In this document: piece after piece, positions 12,613 to 25,284 of the stretch
Position numbering within the stretch: position 1 is the stretch's first letter
Layout of the letters: the number at the start of each line of letters is the position of its first letter
DNA from: Octopus sinensis
Lineage: Eukaryota
Direction: 5' to 3'
Assembly (NCBI RefSeq): GCF_006345805.1
Contig: NC_043013.1
Coordinates: 16,740,001 to 16,804,000, forward strand
DNA: 64,000 nt
Notes under the pieces: model-generated
Seen by the model: the letters and a program-made list of their open reading frames with translations, nothing else
Told to the model about the DNA's origin: nothing
The model's database searches: none
Translations under genes and position numbers: made by a program

Positions 12613-12672
<60 letters not shown>

Positions 12673-12924
12673 CATATGTATGTATGTATACCAACATCGA
12701 TTTTAAAAATTCTTCTTTTAAAATGGCTTCCCGTCATTGTTTTACAATGCGTGAAAAAACACAAAAATATAAAAGAGGGTGAAACCCCGACAAAATCGAG
12801 GAAATTCAAACAGCTATTTCCGAAACTCTACTTTTCCAGTTTCCAGCTCTTGTTAAATGCGCACAGCTCTGAGTTCGAGATTTTCTGGAGTGTGAAGAAG
12901 TACTCTTTTGTTATTTTCTGGCTT

Positions 12925-13380
12925 GTATGTATGTATGTATGTATGTATGTATGTATGTATGTATGTATGTGTATGTGTGTGTGTATGTGTGTGTATGTAT
13001 GTATGTATGTATGTATGTATGTGTGTATGTATGTATGTATGTATGTATGTATGCATGCATGCATGTGTGTGTGTATGTCTGTGTATGTATGTATGTATAT
13101 GTGTGTGTGTGTGTGTATGTATGTAAGTATGTATGTATGTATGTATGTATGTGTGTATATGTATGTATGTGTGTATGTATGTATGTATGTATGTATGCAT
13201 GCATGCATGTGTGTGTGTATGTCTGTGTGTATGTATGTATGTATATGTGTGTGTGTGTATGTATGTAAGTATGTATGTATGTATGTATGTATGTATGTGT
13301 GTATATGTATGTATGTGTGTGTGTGTATATGTATGTATGCATATATGTATGCATGTATGTCTATATGTGTGTGAGTGTGT
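12925..13380. repeat. (TATG)n/(TG)n compound microsatellite
   Basis: Directly visible. Confidence 0.95.
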
Positions 13381-13542
13381 AGAGTCGAAGGTGCAGCATT
13401 CGACTTCCATCCAAAAGGGTTTTCACCCAGTATTTGCATGCTAATTGCCTATAGCTTTCTGTGTGTATACTCCGATATATACTATTCCAAAGAAGAGTTA
13501 TTTCACGTTCTTTCGATAGTTTATAAAATTTTTATGACGTCA

Positions 13543-14535
13543 GCAATACCTACGCTGAACTATTACAAAACCTACAGAAACCTTTCCAGAAGTTTATCTT
13601 TTAAGTATAGATGAGCGTGTCTAGATATGCTAGTATATGCATGAGAATACATAAAACAAAACATACAAATCTGCACACATACATACATACATACATACAT
13701 ACATACATACATACATACATACATACATACATACATACATACATACATGATGGCCGTCCACTCGTGACCGAGGAAGACCATTGCTGACCTTCAGGAACAT
13801 TGTGCGCTCTAGGACTAACTTATATTTTGCATTTGCGGCTCCGTTGGTGGCTAATGAGCCCTGCTCTTGACAAGCATACACGACTGCAAACATTGCAGAC
13901 CAAGCTTTCCCCATTCACTATACGAGCCGTGCACTTACGCGCAGCTCGCTTAAGTTCTTCATGCTGGATACGTGCTCTCTCAAAAGTGTCGATCCTCTCC
14001 TTAACCTGCTTCCTCCATCTGTGGCGATGACAGGCATTGTTCTCCCAGTCAGTGTCCTGCATATCAAAGGCCTTTAACGAGGACTTGACACAGTCCTTAA
14101 ATCGCAGCCTTGGTTTCTGCCGGAGTCTCCTTCCATTCACAAGTTCTCCATAGAGCATCTGCTTAGGAATCCTTCTATCCTTCATTCTAATAAGGTGTCC
14201 AGTCCAACGCAACCGGTGCTTGTGTACCATCGCCTCAATACTCAAGATATCAGCTGTCCTCAGGATCTGTGTGTCTGGAATTTTTGAGGTCCAGCCAACA
14301 TTGAGAATGTGCCTGAGACATCTCTGATGAAAACGTTCAAGGACCCTGACATACATACATACATACATACATACATACATACATACATACATACATACAT
14401 ACATACATACATACATACATACATACATACATACCTTGTTGATGTTGACATTCCAATGAAGGAACCTTGGATCTTAGAGACCGGCTCTTTCTCAATTGGC
14501 AAGAAATCTTGAAATAAAACTGAACAATAACATAC
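13543..14535 (+). mobile_element. 3' end of RLE-type non-LTR retrotransposon, internally deleted, with nested RTE
   Basis: AATACCTACGCTGAACTATTACAAAACCTACAG (NTYAELLQNLQ) and the 3' UTR match the element at 47545-48480 (-). Confidence 0.7.
13750..14348 (-). mobile_element. RTE (BovB-like) LINE 3' fragment
   Basis: LERFHQRCLRHILNVGW...LRWTGHLIRMKDRRIPKQMLYGEL...RFKDCVK...CNVCSRVCLSRAGLISHQR. Confidence 0.9.
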
Positions 14536-15344
14536 AGACACACAGACAGACATAATTATTGATTTTTATTAAATAATTGTTAAATCTATTTCTTTTCGTT
14601 TCGTCTCTCATCTCTTTCTATCTTTCTCGAATTTCGTTTTTCGACCATGACCATAAGCTTCCTTTTTACTTAATTCTCTTCATACACCTCATCCACAGTA
14701 TTTTTTCTCTTCTTCTTATTATTATTGTGTTTGTTATTGTTATTTTTGTTGTTTACAGGAGCAATTATAAATAAGGGTTCAGCAAAATGCAGGATTTTAA
14801 CCGCTATTTTCAGATTATAATATGTTTTGTTGAGTAAAATCCTTCTATTGCCTTGAGCTTGAACAAAACAAAAATAGGGATAATTGTCCCCTATTGCAGT
14901 GAATTAGATAAGGAGTTAATGAACATAATTTTTTTAGAAAAGGTGCAAAATAAACAGGGTTTTGAATAGAAAGATTAAAACAAGAACGAAAAAATTCCCA
15001 AAACCATAATAAAAATATATAATTGGCACGACATAATAATGGTTTTCTTGCTTTTGTTACTATTAATGTTAATGCTGTTGTTGTGACTAGAGTATATTTC
15101 CTGGGGGACAGAAACCCGTGTTTAACTTGTTATCCACCCAGCCCCAACAGTAATTTTGCATAAAAGGTGGGTAGGCGCAGGGATAGAGGAGACTATTAAA
15201 GCTGCGATGTGAGTTCAAATCCCATCCGAGGTGAGTTTGAAAATTCACCATCTAACCACCTATTCACGTACCTCGAATCAATAATCTTCACTGAGGGCTG
15301 ATCCTACCTATTACAATATACCCTCTCCCCAACCCTCTGGTCAC

Positions 15345-15780
15345 GGCCGAAGTATACTGCAGCCAACTGGACCAAATGATGCATAAACTTGCAAAAAACA
15401 GCCTAGATTAGTCAACAGATCCGTTCCTATTTTATTGCAAGACAATGCCAGACCACACATCACAAAAATGACATTGGCGAAACTACTGGAATTGAAGTAG
15501 GAAGATCTCCATCATCGACCATACTCACCTGATCTTGTCCCCACTGACTACCACGTCTTCCAGAATTTGGATAACTTTTTGATAGGAAAAAAAATTAATT
15601 CCGAGGATGCTATAAAACAGGCCATCCAAGATTTTATTGACTCTAGATTGCCAGGCTTTTACAGTTCCAGGCTGGACCGCTGAAATGGCATTTTTGATGA
15701 ATAAAACTTTTCTTTGCATTTATAAAACACAAGTAAACTTTCTTTTCTCTACTACAAATGTTATACTTGACGACCTAACA
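15345..15780 (+). mobile_element. mariner transposase remnant
   Basis: LLQDNARPH and HRPYSPDLVPTDYHVFQNLDNFL motifs, with stops and frameshifts. Confidence 0.85.
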
Positions 15781-16293
15781 TATATATATATATATATATA
15801 TAATGTGTGTATATGTGTGCTTCTGAGTATTAAATAAACCCAAGTTCCAGCCAATTCTCAAACACTTATCTCTGCAGGAAGGCATATTACCTCCCACCCC
15901 CATTCTTTTCGCAAATTTCAACTCCCTGTATTTTCAGTCTTTCCTGAGGATAACGTCTTCATTGTTGGCTTCCTAGGGAACTGTCAGCTCTACCAACTTC
16001 ACCTCTTTCTTTTCTTTGCACCACACAAAGTGGGTCTTTTGGAGGCAAAAATTGGGAAATGATATATTATGGTAAGTAATCTTTTTATTTCTTTGTGTGT
16101 GTGTGTGTGTATGTGTGTGTGTGTGTATGTGTGCGTGTGTATGTGTGTGTGCGTGCGTGTGTGTGTGTGTGTTTGCTGTACACTTTACTTTCATTGTTAG
16201 TCTTTATCAAATTTCTGTAATTCTTCTGTCACCAGATAAATTTTGGTATTATACATCTGCGAGGTTAGATCACAGTATATTTTAGAAAAATTT

Positions 16294-16338
<45 letters not shown>

Positions 16339-16442
16339 CTGTCCGTTTGTGTGTTTGTTCGTTTGTTTGTCCACCAAAATGGAAGTAAATGGTTCAAGAA
16401 AGCTATTATGTATATGTAGCTATCTATTATTATATTACATTA

Positions 16443-16801
16443 CTAGCAGTATCGCCCGGCGTTGCTCGGGTTTGTAAGGGAAATAACTATAGAGCATTTT
16501 TAGAGAGTTATAGCCAAAAAATGGAAAAAAATTATGGTAAATTTTTTTTGAGAGTTAAAAAGGTCGAGTTGCGTCTGTGGTTTGTGTTTCTGATTCTCGA
16601 CCCCATGTCGAATTTATCGATTTTTTCAGAACTGGGGGAACTTTTCAAAATTTTCTCTGCGTTAGTTTTGAATTATGACATTGGGCTATGTGTGTGTTAA
16701 GTTTCATCAGAATCGGTAGAAAACCGTGGTCAGGGTGAGGGTACAACCTAACAGACACACAGATACGCACACAGACAAACTGCTGTTTATATATAGAGAG
16801 A
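16443..16801 (-). mobile_element. non-autonomous Helitron
   Basis: Minus strand: A|TCTCTCTATATATAAAC ... hairpin CCCGAGCAACGCCGGG ... CTAG|T. Confidence 0.85.
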
Positions 16802-16819
16802 TATTATTATATTACATAT

Positions 16820-17336
16820 TCTATATATATAATTTTTTTTAAGAGAGATTCTGTCCGTTTGTATGTTTGTTTGTTTGTTCACCAAAATGAAAGTAAATGG
16901 TTCAAATGAAGCTATTATGCTTTTTTATATTTCCTATTATGCTATTGACAACAATTGTCTTTGGGCATACGGCCTATTCAAATGTTAAAAGAAACCGTGA
17001 CAAATGGGTCTTCCACTTCACCTGTGGCCTTCTCAGTGCTATCACACATTCACCTGGATTCCGTCAAACTATTCTTCTATATGATATAGCTATTCTTCTA
17101 GCTTCATTCGCGTTCAAACTGAATCTGTCAATTTTCCTTTGGCATACCGCTTATTCAAACGTTAAAAGGAACAGTGACAAATGGATGTTCCACTTAACCT
17201 GTAACCTTTTCAGTACCATCGCAGCCACCTGGATTCCGTAAAGCTATTTTTCTATATGACATACCAAATTTTCTATCTTCTCTGCATGAGTAACTGTAAA
17301 AGTAACTATCTGATCAACGTCAGGTATTACTGCTAG
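16820..17336 (+). mobile_element. non-autonomous Helitron with internal duplication of about 180 bp
   Basis: TCTATATATAT start, CTGATCAACGTCAG hairpin, TACTGCTAG|T end. The 5' part is repeated at about 16300-16410. Confidence 0.75.
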
Positions 17337-17924
17337 TGTTAAACAGGTGCAAGTGTGGCTGTGTGGTTAAGGAGCTGGCTTCCGAGTCACGTATATAAAA
17401 AAAAAAACATCTAGAATTCTTCATATATGTGTAAATTCAGTCTATCATTTTTGTAATTTACTTGCAGTAAGAATCGTTACTAGAATACGAAATAAGACTT
17501 AAGGGAAAGAACTCCGATTTTTCAATTGGTCAAAATTTAAACAGAGATAGCTAGAAGAGATAAAGTAGTGTACAGACAATTATGCCATTGTTTAGGTCTT
17601 AGAAGACCTCATCGATAAAACATTGTCTTCGCACAACAAACAGGCTAACAGAATGAGTCGAAGAATAAAAAGTTTACGTGAAAATATTTCAATGATAAGG
17701 CAAGTTATAACAATGACATTAGAAACTTTCCAAAAAGTACCTTCTGCATAATTACCATATAGTTATGCGTGGCCTAAGTTATTTGAATCTGCTAAAATAC
17801 TTAATTTTTTTTTTTTTGTAGTGTGTGAAAACACAACGTGAAGTGGTAGGATAAATGTATAACATGAAGACTCAATATAGAGAAAAAGTACAAAGACACA
17901 GAATTTCTTTCTGACTGTTTTTCA

Positions 17925-18128
17925 TTCAAATTTTAGCACAAGGCCGGTAATTTTGAGGAGAGCGAAGAAGTCGATTGCATGTACGCAACTGATACTTATT
18001 TTAACGACTCTGGGAGGATGAAGGGAAAAGTCAACTTCGGCGGCATTTGAACTCAGAACGTAAGGAGCCGGAAGAAATACCACTAAGCATTTTGTCCGAC
18101 ATGTAACGATTCTACTAGCACGCCACCT
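17925..18128 (-). mobile_element. SINE family A
   Basis: Reverse complement of the family A head and core. Confidence 0.7.
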
Positions 18129-18277
18129 TGCTGGAACACAATTCTGAAACATGATATAGAGATACAAATAAGGATACAACATGAAAATACAGAGAAACTA
18201 TATTAAAGCTGCGATGCGAGTTCAAATTCTAGCTGAGGTTGACTTTAAGATAAAGTACTAATGAAGTACTGGATTGT

Positions 18278-18590
18278 GGAGGTGCAATGGCCCAGTGGCT
18301 AGGGCAGCGGACTCGCGGTCGGAGGATCACGGTTCCGATTCCCAGACCGGGCGTTGGGTGTGTTCATTGAGCGAAAACACCTAAAAGCTCCACGAAGTTC
18401 CGGCAGGGGGTGGGGTATGGCGACCCCTGTTGTACTCTTTCGCCACAACTTTCTCTCACTCTCTCTTCCTGCTTCTTGAGTAACGCTGCGATGGACTGGC
18501 GTCTCGTCTTGCTGGGGGGACACATACGTCACAGAAACTGGGAAACCGGGCCCATGAGCCTGGCTAGGCTTGAAAAGGGTGACAAAAAAG
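18278..18590 (+). mobile_element. tRNA-derived SINE, family C
   Basis: GGAGGTGCAATGGCCCAGTGGCTAGGGCAGCGGACTCGCGG...GGTTCCGATTCCC, then GCGATGGACTGGCGTC. Matches 46901-47190. Confidence 0.85.
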
Positions 18591-18659
18591 CGTACTGGAT
18601 TGATGTAGTTAACTAATTCCCTCACCTAAAATTGCTGCCCTCATGCTGAAATCAAAATC

Positions 18660-18852
18660 TTTACTGCGTCGGACAAAATGCTTTGCGGCATTTCGTCTTT
18701 CTTTACGTTCTGAGTTCACATTCCGCCGAGGCTGATTTTACTTTCCATCATTTCGGGGTCGATAAATTAAGTACCAGTGAAACACTGGGCTCGATGCAAT
18801 CGACTAATCCCCTGTCCCAAAATTTCAGGCCGTGTGCCTATAGTAGAAAGGA
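18660..18852 (+). mobile_element. SINE family A
   Basis: GAGTTCACATTCCGCCGAGG...GGGGTCGATAAATTAAGTACCAG...TAGTAGAAAGGAT. Confidence 0.75.
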
Positions 18853-19689
18853 TTAGTAGTAGTAGTGGTGGTGGTGGTGGTGGTGGTGGTGGTGGTGGTG
18901 GTGGTGGTGGTGGTGGTTTCTGGGGGAAGGAGGAGGAGGAGGGAGAGGGGAACGGAAGAAGGAGGAGCATGGATAATTATGACGTCATCAATCAACAACA
19001 AGAGAATTGAGAGTAATAATTGACAGGTGAGAAACTAGGTGGTTGCAAAGGTTAACTGTGGGGGATGGTTGTAGGAGTGGTTGTGTGGGTATTGTGTAGG
19101 TTGCAGTGTAGGTAATCGTGAGGGCGCTTGAGTAGTTGTGCTGACGGTTGAGGGAGTCGTTGAGGGGGTGGTGGTAGGGGTGATTGTGTGGGTGGTTGTG
19201 GGGGGATAGTTTGTGGGCGGATGGTTGTATTGGTGCTTGTGAGGGTATATTCTGTTGGTAGTTATATGTATGTACAATATATATGGACGTGTGTACAGAC
19301 TTGAGTGAATGCGTATGTGTGTATGCATGTATGTGTGTGTATGTATATATGTATGTGTATGTGTGTATGTGTGTATGTGTGTGTGTATGAATGTGTATGT
19401 GTATATGTATGTGTGTGTGTGTGTGCATGCGTGTGTGTGTGTACGTGTATGGCTACACCTATACATGAGTTCATTAATGTGTACCATGGACTGGATTTTA
19501 TTCTCCATTTTCGTCTATCCGTTTTCTGTGGTACATATTACCCATTGCGTTCCCCACTCCCAGCCTTCTGCTGGTGTCAATGTCCAAAGTTACTTTGTGC
19601 ATTCTTTAAGCGTTGGGTTAAAGTTATCATCGAACTAGTCTTGTTGACTTCTCCTCTAATGGATGATGGACTGAGCTGGTGTCACAACA

Positions 19690-20335
19690 GGCCACAATAA
19701 GAACCACGTCCTTTCTTTCTTTTGTCTCTAAGTTGCTGCTTCCGAGACAACAGAAGCAGTATCACAGAGTCAGTACTTACTGTGGCGCAATGTGAATTTA
19801 GGAAAAAGAAGAACATGATCTTCACAACCTGGCAGCTTGAAGAAAGTGTCAGGAGTAACATTAGGACTTATTTATGGTCTTTCTCGACCTCTGCGAAGTA
19901 TTTGACACTTCCAAAAGTGTCCTTGTGTGATGTCCTCCTTAGGTTTGGTGTCCCAATTTAACATCTTCCACTTGTTCCGCAATGGGTTGACTGCTTGGAC
20001 CGATAGGGGGACAAGGGTCCGAGCCCTTCTTTGTACACAGAGGAGTAAGACAGGGTATGTATTAGCACCAGTGTTCTTAAACATATTTTTCCTACGTGCG
20101 AGCAGGCTTCTCCACCATGAAACTGAAGATAATAACGGTCTAGTAATCTACTTCAGACAAAATGGCAATATCTTGATCTTGACCTCAGGTGGGTCCACGC
20201 AACAATCTAGCACTGCAGAGGGCGGGTTCTGGAGCTATTATGTAAATACGGTAATGCTTTTTTGATCCATACGATGCTGATGCTGTGAGAACATTAAACA
20301 GGAAGAAGCTGGCACAGTCAACACCACAAAAACTT
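19690..20335 (+). mobile_element. degraded RTE LINE reverse transcriptase fragment
   Basis: AQCEFRKKKNMIFTTWQLEE and SKTGYVLAPVFLNIFF resemble RTE RT motifs QCGFR..DMIF.RQLQEK and GVKQGCVLAP.LFNIFF. Confidence 0.7.
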
Positions 20336-20397
20336 ATGTGATCTGCTAATGGAGAGTTTGATGGAAACGAACTAAAACATATTTTGAGGAGCGAAGT

Positions 20398-21230
20398 TAT
20401 AGTAAAAATTACTTAAAGTAGCGTACCAACGGCCGTTTCTGGGATTTCATTGGGTACCACCGGCCGTTTCTGGGGTTTCATTGGGTACCACCGGCCGTTT
20501 CTGGGGTTTCATTGGGTACCAACGGCCGTTTCTGGGGTTTCATTGGGTACCACAGGTCGTTTCTGGGGTTTCATTGGGTACCACCGGCCGTTTCTGGGGT
20601 TTCATTGGGTACCACCGGCCGTTTCTGGGGTTTCATTGGGTACCACCGGCCGTTTCTGGGGTTTCATTGGGTACCAACGGCCGTTTCTGGGGTTTCATTG
20701 GGTACCACCGGCCGTTTCTGGGGTTTCATTGGGTACCAACGGCCGTTTCTGGGGTTTCATTGGGTACCACCGGCCGTTTCTGGGGTTTCATTGGGTACCA
20801 CCGGCCGTTTCTGGGGTTTCATTGGGTACCACCGGCCGTTTCTGGGGTTTCATTGGGTACCAACGGCCGTTTCTGGGGTTTCATTGGGTACCACCGGCCG
20901 TTTCTGGGGTTTCATTGGGTACCACCGGCCGTTTCTGGGGTTTCATTGGGTACCACCGGCCGTTTCTGGGGTTTCATTGGGTACCACCGGCCGTTTCTGG
21001 GGTTTCATTGGGTACCACCGGCCGTTTCTGGGGTTTCATTGGGTACCACCGGCCGTTTCTGAGGGTTCATTGCAGCGGAAAAAAATAAAGGGATATAATA
21101 CCCATTAACTGGCAATTCTTCCTTCTTCAGGAGGAATTGCAAAATAATGGGTATTATATCCTTTTATTTTTTTCCGCAATGAACCCCCAGAAACATCCGT
21201 TGGTACCCTACTTTAACTAATTTTAGCTAT
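20398..21230. mobile_element. foldback MITE hosting a minisatellite
   Basis: 21150-21230 is the reverse complement of the left flank plus one repeat unit plus 21073-21104. Confidence 0.75.
20422..21072. repeat. 31-bp minisatellite, 21 units
   Basis: Unit GGTACCA(C/A)CGGCCGTTTCTGGGGTTTCATTG, head-to-tail with no spacers. Confidence 0.95.
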
Positions 21231-21527
21231 CCAAATTTTAAGTTCCCTCCTCATTGTATGTTTTAGTTCGTTTCCATCATCATTTCAGACTTACTCCAAT
21301 ATTTTTACCGACACACGCATGTTTTAACGTTTTTATATCTGCATCCGGAGATTCTTTAAAATCTATTACTTTACACATATATATTTTTAATATATTTATT
21401 TACTTACAGATTTTCTATAAAAAATGTCTGTGTATTTATATATTTTTAATTTCTTATGTACAATTGTCCATCAAATCCATCTCTAATCGGAGTCATGTTT
21501 GCAGATTGAATTACTAGGTCTTTTACA

Positions 21528-21592
<65 letters not shown>

Positions 21593-21633
21593 TATCCGAA
21601 ATGTACAGTATTATATATCCATCACGGTTGACC

Positions 21634-21713
21634 TTACCAACCGGTTTCGCGCTAGGAATACAACAGAGTGTAAGATAACAATCTGTTATATAACTTTACG
21701 CTCATCAGAGTTA
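21634..21713 (-). ncRNA. type I hammerhead ribozyme motif, extended stem II
   Basis: Minus strand: act CTGATGA gcg...atataacaga..tctgttgtat...cgc GAAAC cg GTT ggt. Lies in inverted repeat 21588-21680 / 21785-21870. Confidence 0.7.
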
Positions 21714-22121
21714 GCCGATATGGAAAGGAATATGACGACTGCTCTCTATAGAGAACATAAAGTTATATAATCGGATTGTTACCTAATACTCCGTTGTATT
21801 CTTAGCGCGTAACTGATTAGTAAGATCAACCGTGATGGATATATAAGACCGAACATTTTGGATAATATACCCACTCTATTGACAGATATACAAGTGCATC
21901 TTTTCCCTAACTTATGGACTCTTAGATGACTCACGCATATATATATATATATGTATATGTGTGTATATATATATGTATATACATACATACATACATACAT
22001 ATACACACATAACATATACCATATACACAAACATATACATAAGTATACACTAAATATACATACATGTATATATATGTGTGTGTGAGTGTGCATACATATA
22101 TAAACACATACAAATACATCG

Positions 22122-22162
<41 letters not shown>

Positions 22163-22621
22163 CTCTAGGGATGTTTATGTGTACCCGAAATATCTCAGAA
22201 ATGGTACATTTTATCATAATTTTCTTTTTTTTTTTTGCATATTTATTTTCATACTTACCTTCGGCAGTGCAGTACAAATTGTTGTGACATTTGGACCTCT
22301 ATTCATTAATGAAATCGAGTAACGTCGTGACGTCAAAACACATACACACATACAGAATACACACACATATAATGAATGTCATGATGTGTCAATCAATACA
22401 AACACACGTCCGCTGTCTGTGACATATACACGCACATAGTCCTCGCGCTTTCAAAGAAAAAAGAAAACGTCGACTTTTTGACGTACACAATATTTTAATC
22501 ATTTAGAAACATATTTAACTGAATGTGATTTCAAAAATGTAAGTTGTTTGTACAGTAAGTATTTATATTTTAGCTTTCTTTAAACAGACAATGTTTGAAT
22601 GCTTTTTTTAAAATTATTTTT

Positions 22622-22908
22622 AAGTCATTAATTTCCGTAAAAAAGTTTTATTTATTTACTTTTGTTTTAAAGTGAAAGAGAGAAGAAATTGAAAGATGTA
22701 TATACGTGTATATGAAATGGACGTGTGTGAAAGAGAGAGAGAGAGAGAGTGAAGTGTCGTGTTGTCATGTATACGTACATACATCAATACATATGCGTAG
22801 ATTTTTTTGTATGTACGTGTGCATGTGTTTGTATGTGAGTGAGAGAGTGAGTGAGTGAACGTGCGTGTTTTCATGTAGGTGTAAGTGGCACTTTTCTGTA
22901 TCTATCTA

Positions 22909-22967
<59 letters not shown>

Positions 22968-23067
22968 CATTTCAAATACACGTTCATACATCTTTCATTA
23001 TCTCCTCTCTTTCACTTTAAAACAAAATTAAGTAAATAAAAATTCTTTACGGAGATTAATGAACTAA
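22622..23067. repeat. imperfect inverted repeat of about 110 bp enclosing microsatellites
   Basis: CATTAATTTCCGTAAA...GAAATGGACGTGTGTG versus CACACGTCCATTTC...TTTACGGAGATTAATG. Confidence 0.75.
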
Positions 23068-23069
23068 AC

Positions 23070-23453
23070 CAGCTGATCCGGATGACAGTTCTGAGAATCA
23101 AAGCGAAAGATCGCCCCCCCCCCCCCCAGTGAATACCATTACAAAATTATTTCGAGTGCATTGAACGCATCTCAGCTCCAAAGATTTGATTGCTATTTCT
23201 AGCACGCCCTACTACCACGTAGCACATTTTTGCGATAAAGGACCTGAAATATCTGTTACGTGGTAGCAGGGCGTGCAAGAAATGGCAGCTAAATCTTTCC
23301 TTTTCCGGAGGAAGGGGCTGTTTACGCGTGATTTCGATGTCACATTCGTTGAAAGCATGCGAAATAACATGGAAAAAAAACTCATGAAACAAAAACTCCG
23401 TTGCTGGGAAACTCAGACTTTCCAGGTGACCCAACGGATCACGAGTAGTCTAG
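23070..23453 (+). mobile_element. Helitron-like 3' end
   Basis: GTGACCCAACGGATCAC hairpin followed by GAGTAGTCTAG|T. The 5' boundary is uncertain. Confidence 0.5.
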
Positions 23454-25284
23454 TATGTATATAATTATAAAGAAATAATTATAATTAAGGGTACTGAGAA
23501 ACGGCACCTACATGCTAGAGATAGCCATCAATTGACTCTAAAAACCACTTCAAATTACACTCCAATAGCACAAGGCTGAAAGCGAGGAAATGAATAAAAG
23601 AGATTTAGTAAAAATATTTTTTGGAGGTTAATTCTAGATCGTCCGATTTCTGGTTTAGAAATACAATTACTTTACCGTTATCAGTAGAATATACCAAGAG
23701 TATTATAAATGTAAATATATATACATGCATGCTTATGTGTGTGCTGTGTATGTGTGTATGTATGTATATGTGTGTGACTGTATATCCTTGTGTGTTTAGT
23801 GTGTGCGTTTTTTCTATCACTTGTAAATTTATAATAATTTTCTCCTTCATATATTCGGTTTTGTTCCTTTATTCTTCTGATTGTGTTCCCTACCCCGGGC
23901 TAGTTTTTGAGTAAGGTAACTATCTTGAATACACCGACCGGTCCTGTCTGTGATCAATGCTTTTTCTTAGTTAAGTTCTCTTTGATTTCTTCTCTGCTTG
24001 TATGAACATTTTTAGTTAAATATTGTACCTTTTTCAAACATAGTCTTGCCTATCACATTTAGCCTCTTGTAATATATATATTTTTTCGTTTTTCAATATT
24101 AATATGTATTCGTATAACTCTCTATGGATTTTTTTCTTATAGTGTACCTGTTGCGTTATATTCTACTATACACACATGGCCTTGTTTACATTATACTTCG
24201 TCTCGACCTGTTATTATTTCTTTATTTTTTGTTATAGTTTACTGCACATATAGACTTGCATACACATTGATATGTCTTTTTTTCTCTTTTGTCTCTCACT
24301 ATATTATTTCACTGTTATTGTTTTCCCTTTTACAACTTGTTTGTAAATATCCGATTTTTCCCTATTACCCCATCTGTATTATCACTTACTGTATCTTATT
24401 TTATTTTATTTTATTAAACCTTTTTTGATGTCCTTCCAAAAATTCCTCACACTAATGAGAATGACAATGTATAAATTTAATTTTAATTACTATGATTATA
24501 ACTTTTTTCTTACATATTTGTATTGTCTTTTGAAACGTGCGTATGTATTGAATCTAATTCTGATTCAACATCTTTTTCTCCTCCATTTTTTAATACTTGT
24601 TTATGGTATATTTATACCTATAATGATATTTTCAACTATTATTTTCATATTCTTATTACTTGCTCTGGCTGTTTTTTATGAATATGATAAATCTTTATTA
24701 GAAATCATTTTTCTCTCTTTTTGAATCTCTCAAGAAGTTTGAATTGTTCTTTTTGAACCTATTTTTTCTCATATGCCTTTATATGTATGTATATATATAT
24801 ATATATATAAATACATACATACATACATACATACATACATACATACATACATACATACATACATACATACACCCCACCATGTTGGACTGTTGAACTCTGC
24901 ACATCATTTTTCTCCGTTTTTTTTTCATTCTCTCTCCTCTTAATTTTTTCTATAGAAAAGCGTAGGCTAGAAACGAAAAAGACTTTTCCACTTTTCTTGA
25001 ACGCTAAACTAATACATCTGCTTGTTGTTCCTACACCTATATTCGTCTTTTGTTTTCTGTAAACTTGAGCTACATACATACACACACACACACATATATA
25101 CGTACATACATATATATGGATATATGTGTGTGTGTGTGTGCGTCTGTGTATGTATATATATATATATACACACACATACATATACATCAAATATACATAG
25201 AGTATAGAAGGGGTTAAAATCTAAACAGTGTCCTTGTGAACCACATCTGCATGTTCTCAGTAATCATATATATGTAAATCACAT

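Noticed and set aside
11211-13444. Long YIYI, MYVC and HTYI ORFs (also near 19300, 26500, 36300, 45500 and 46300)
   Set aside because: They are translations of (TA)n, (TATG)n and (CA)n microsatellites.
14322-14340. CTGATGA motifs here and at about 38093
   Set aside because: Both lie inside RTE coding sequence with no stem II/III architecture.
18278-18350. tRNA-like heads (also at 10507, 40250 and 46901)
   Set aside because: They have A/B boxes but continue into SINE bodies without an acceptor stem, so they are not tRNA genes.
19035-19260. G/T-rich tract resembling telomeric repeats
   Set aside because: There is no regular TTAGGG periodicity; it is a degenerate low-complexity sequence.
20422-21072. 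CRISPR-like 31-bp repeat array and three overlapping 190-210 aa ORFs
   Set aside because: Units are contiguous with no spacers, there are no cas genes, and the context is eukaryotic. The ORFs arise only because the unit lacks stops.
24425-24724. Hydrophobic 99-aa ORF resembling a membrane or mitochondrial protein
   Set aside because: Explained by T-rich composition, with no conserved motif of a mitochondrial gene.
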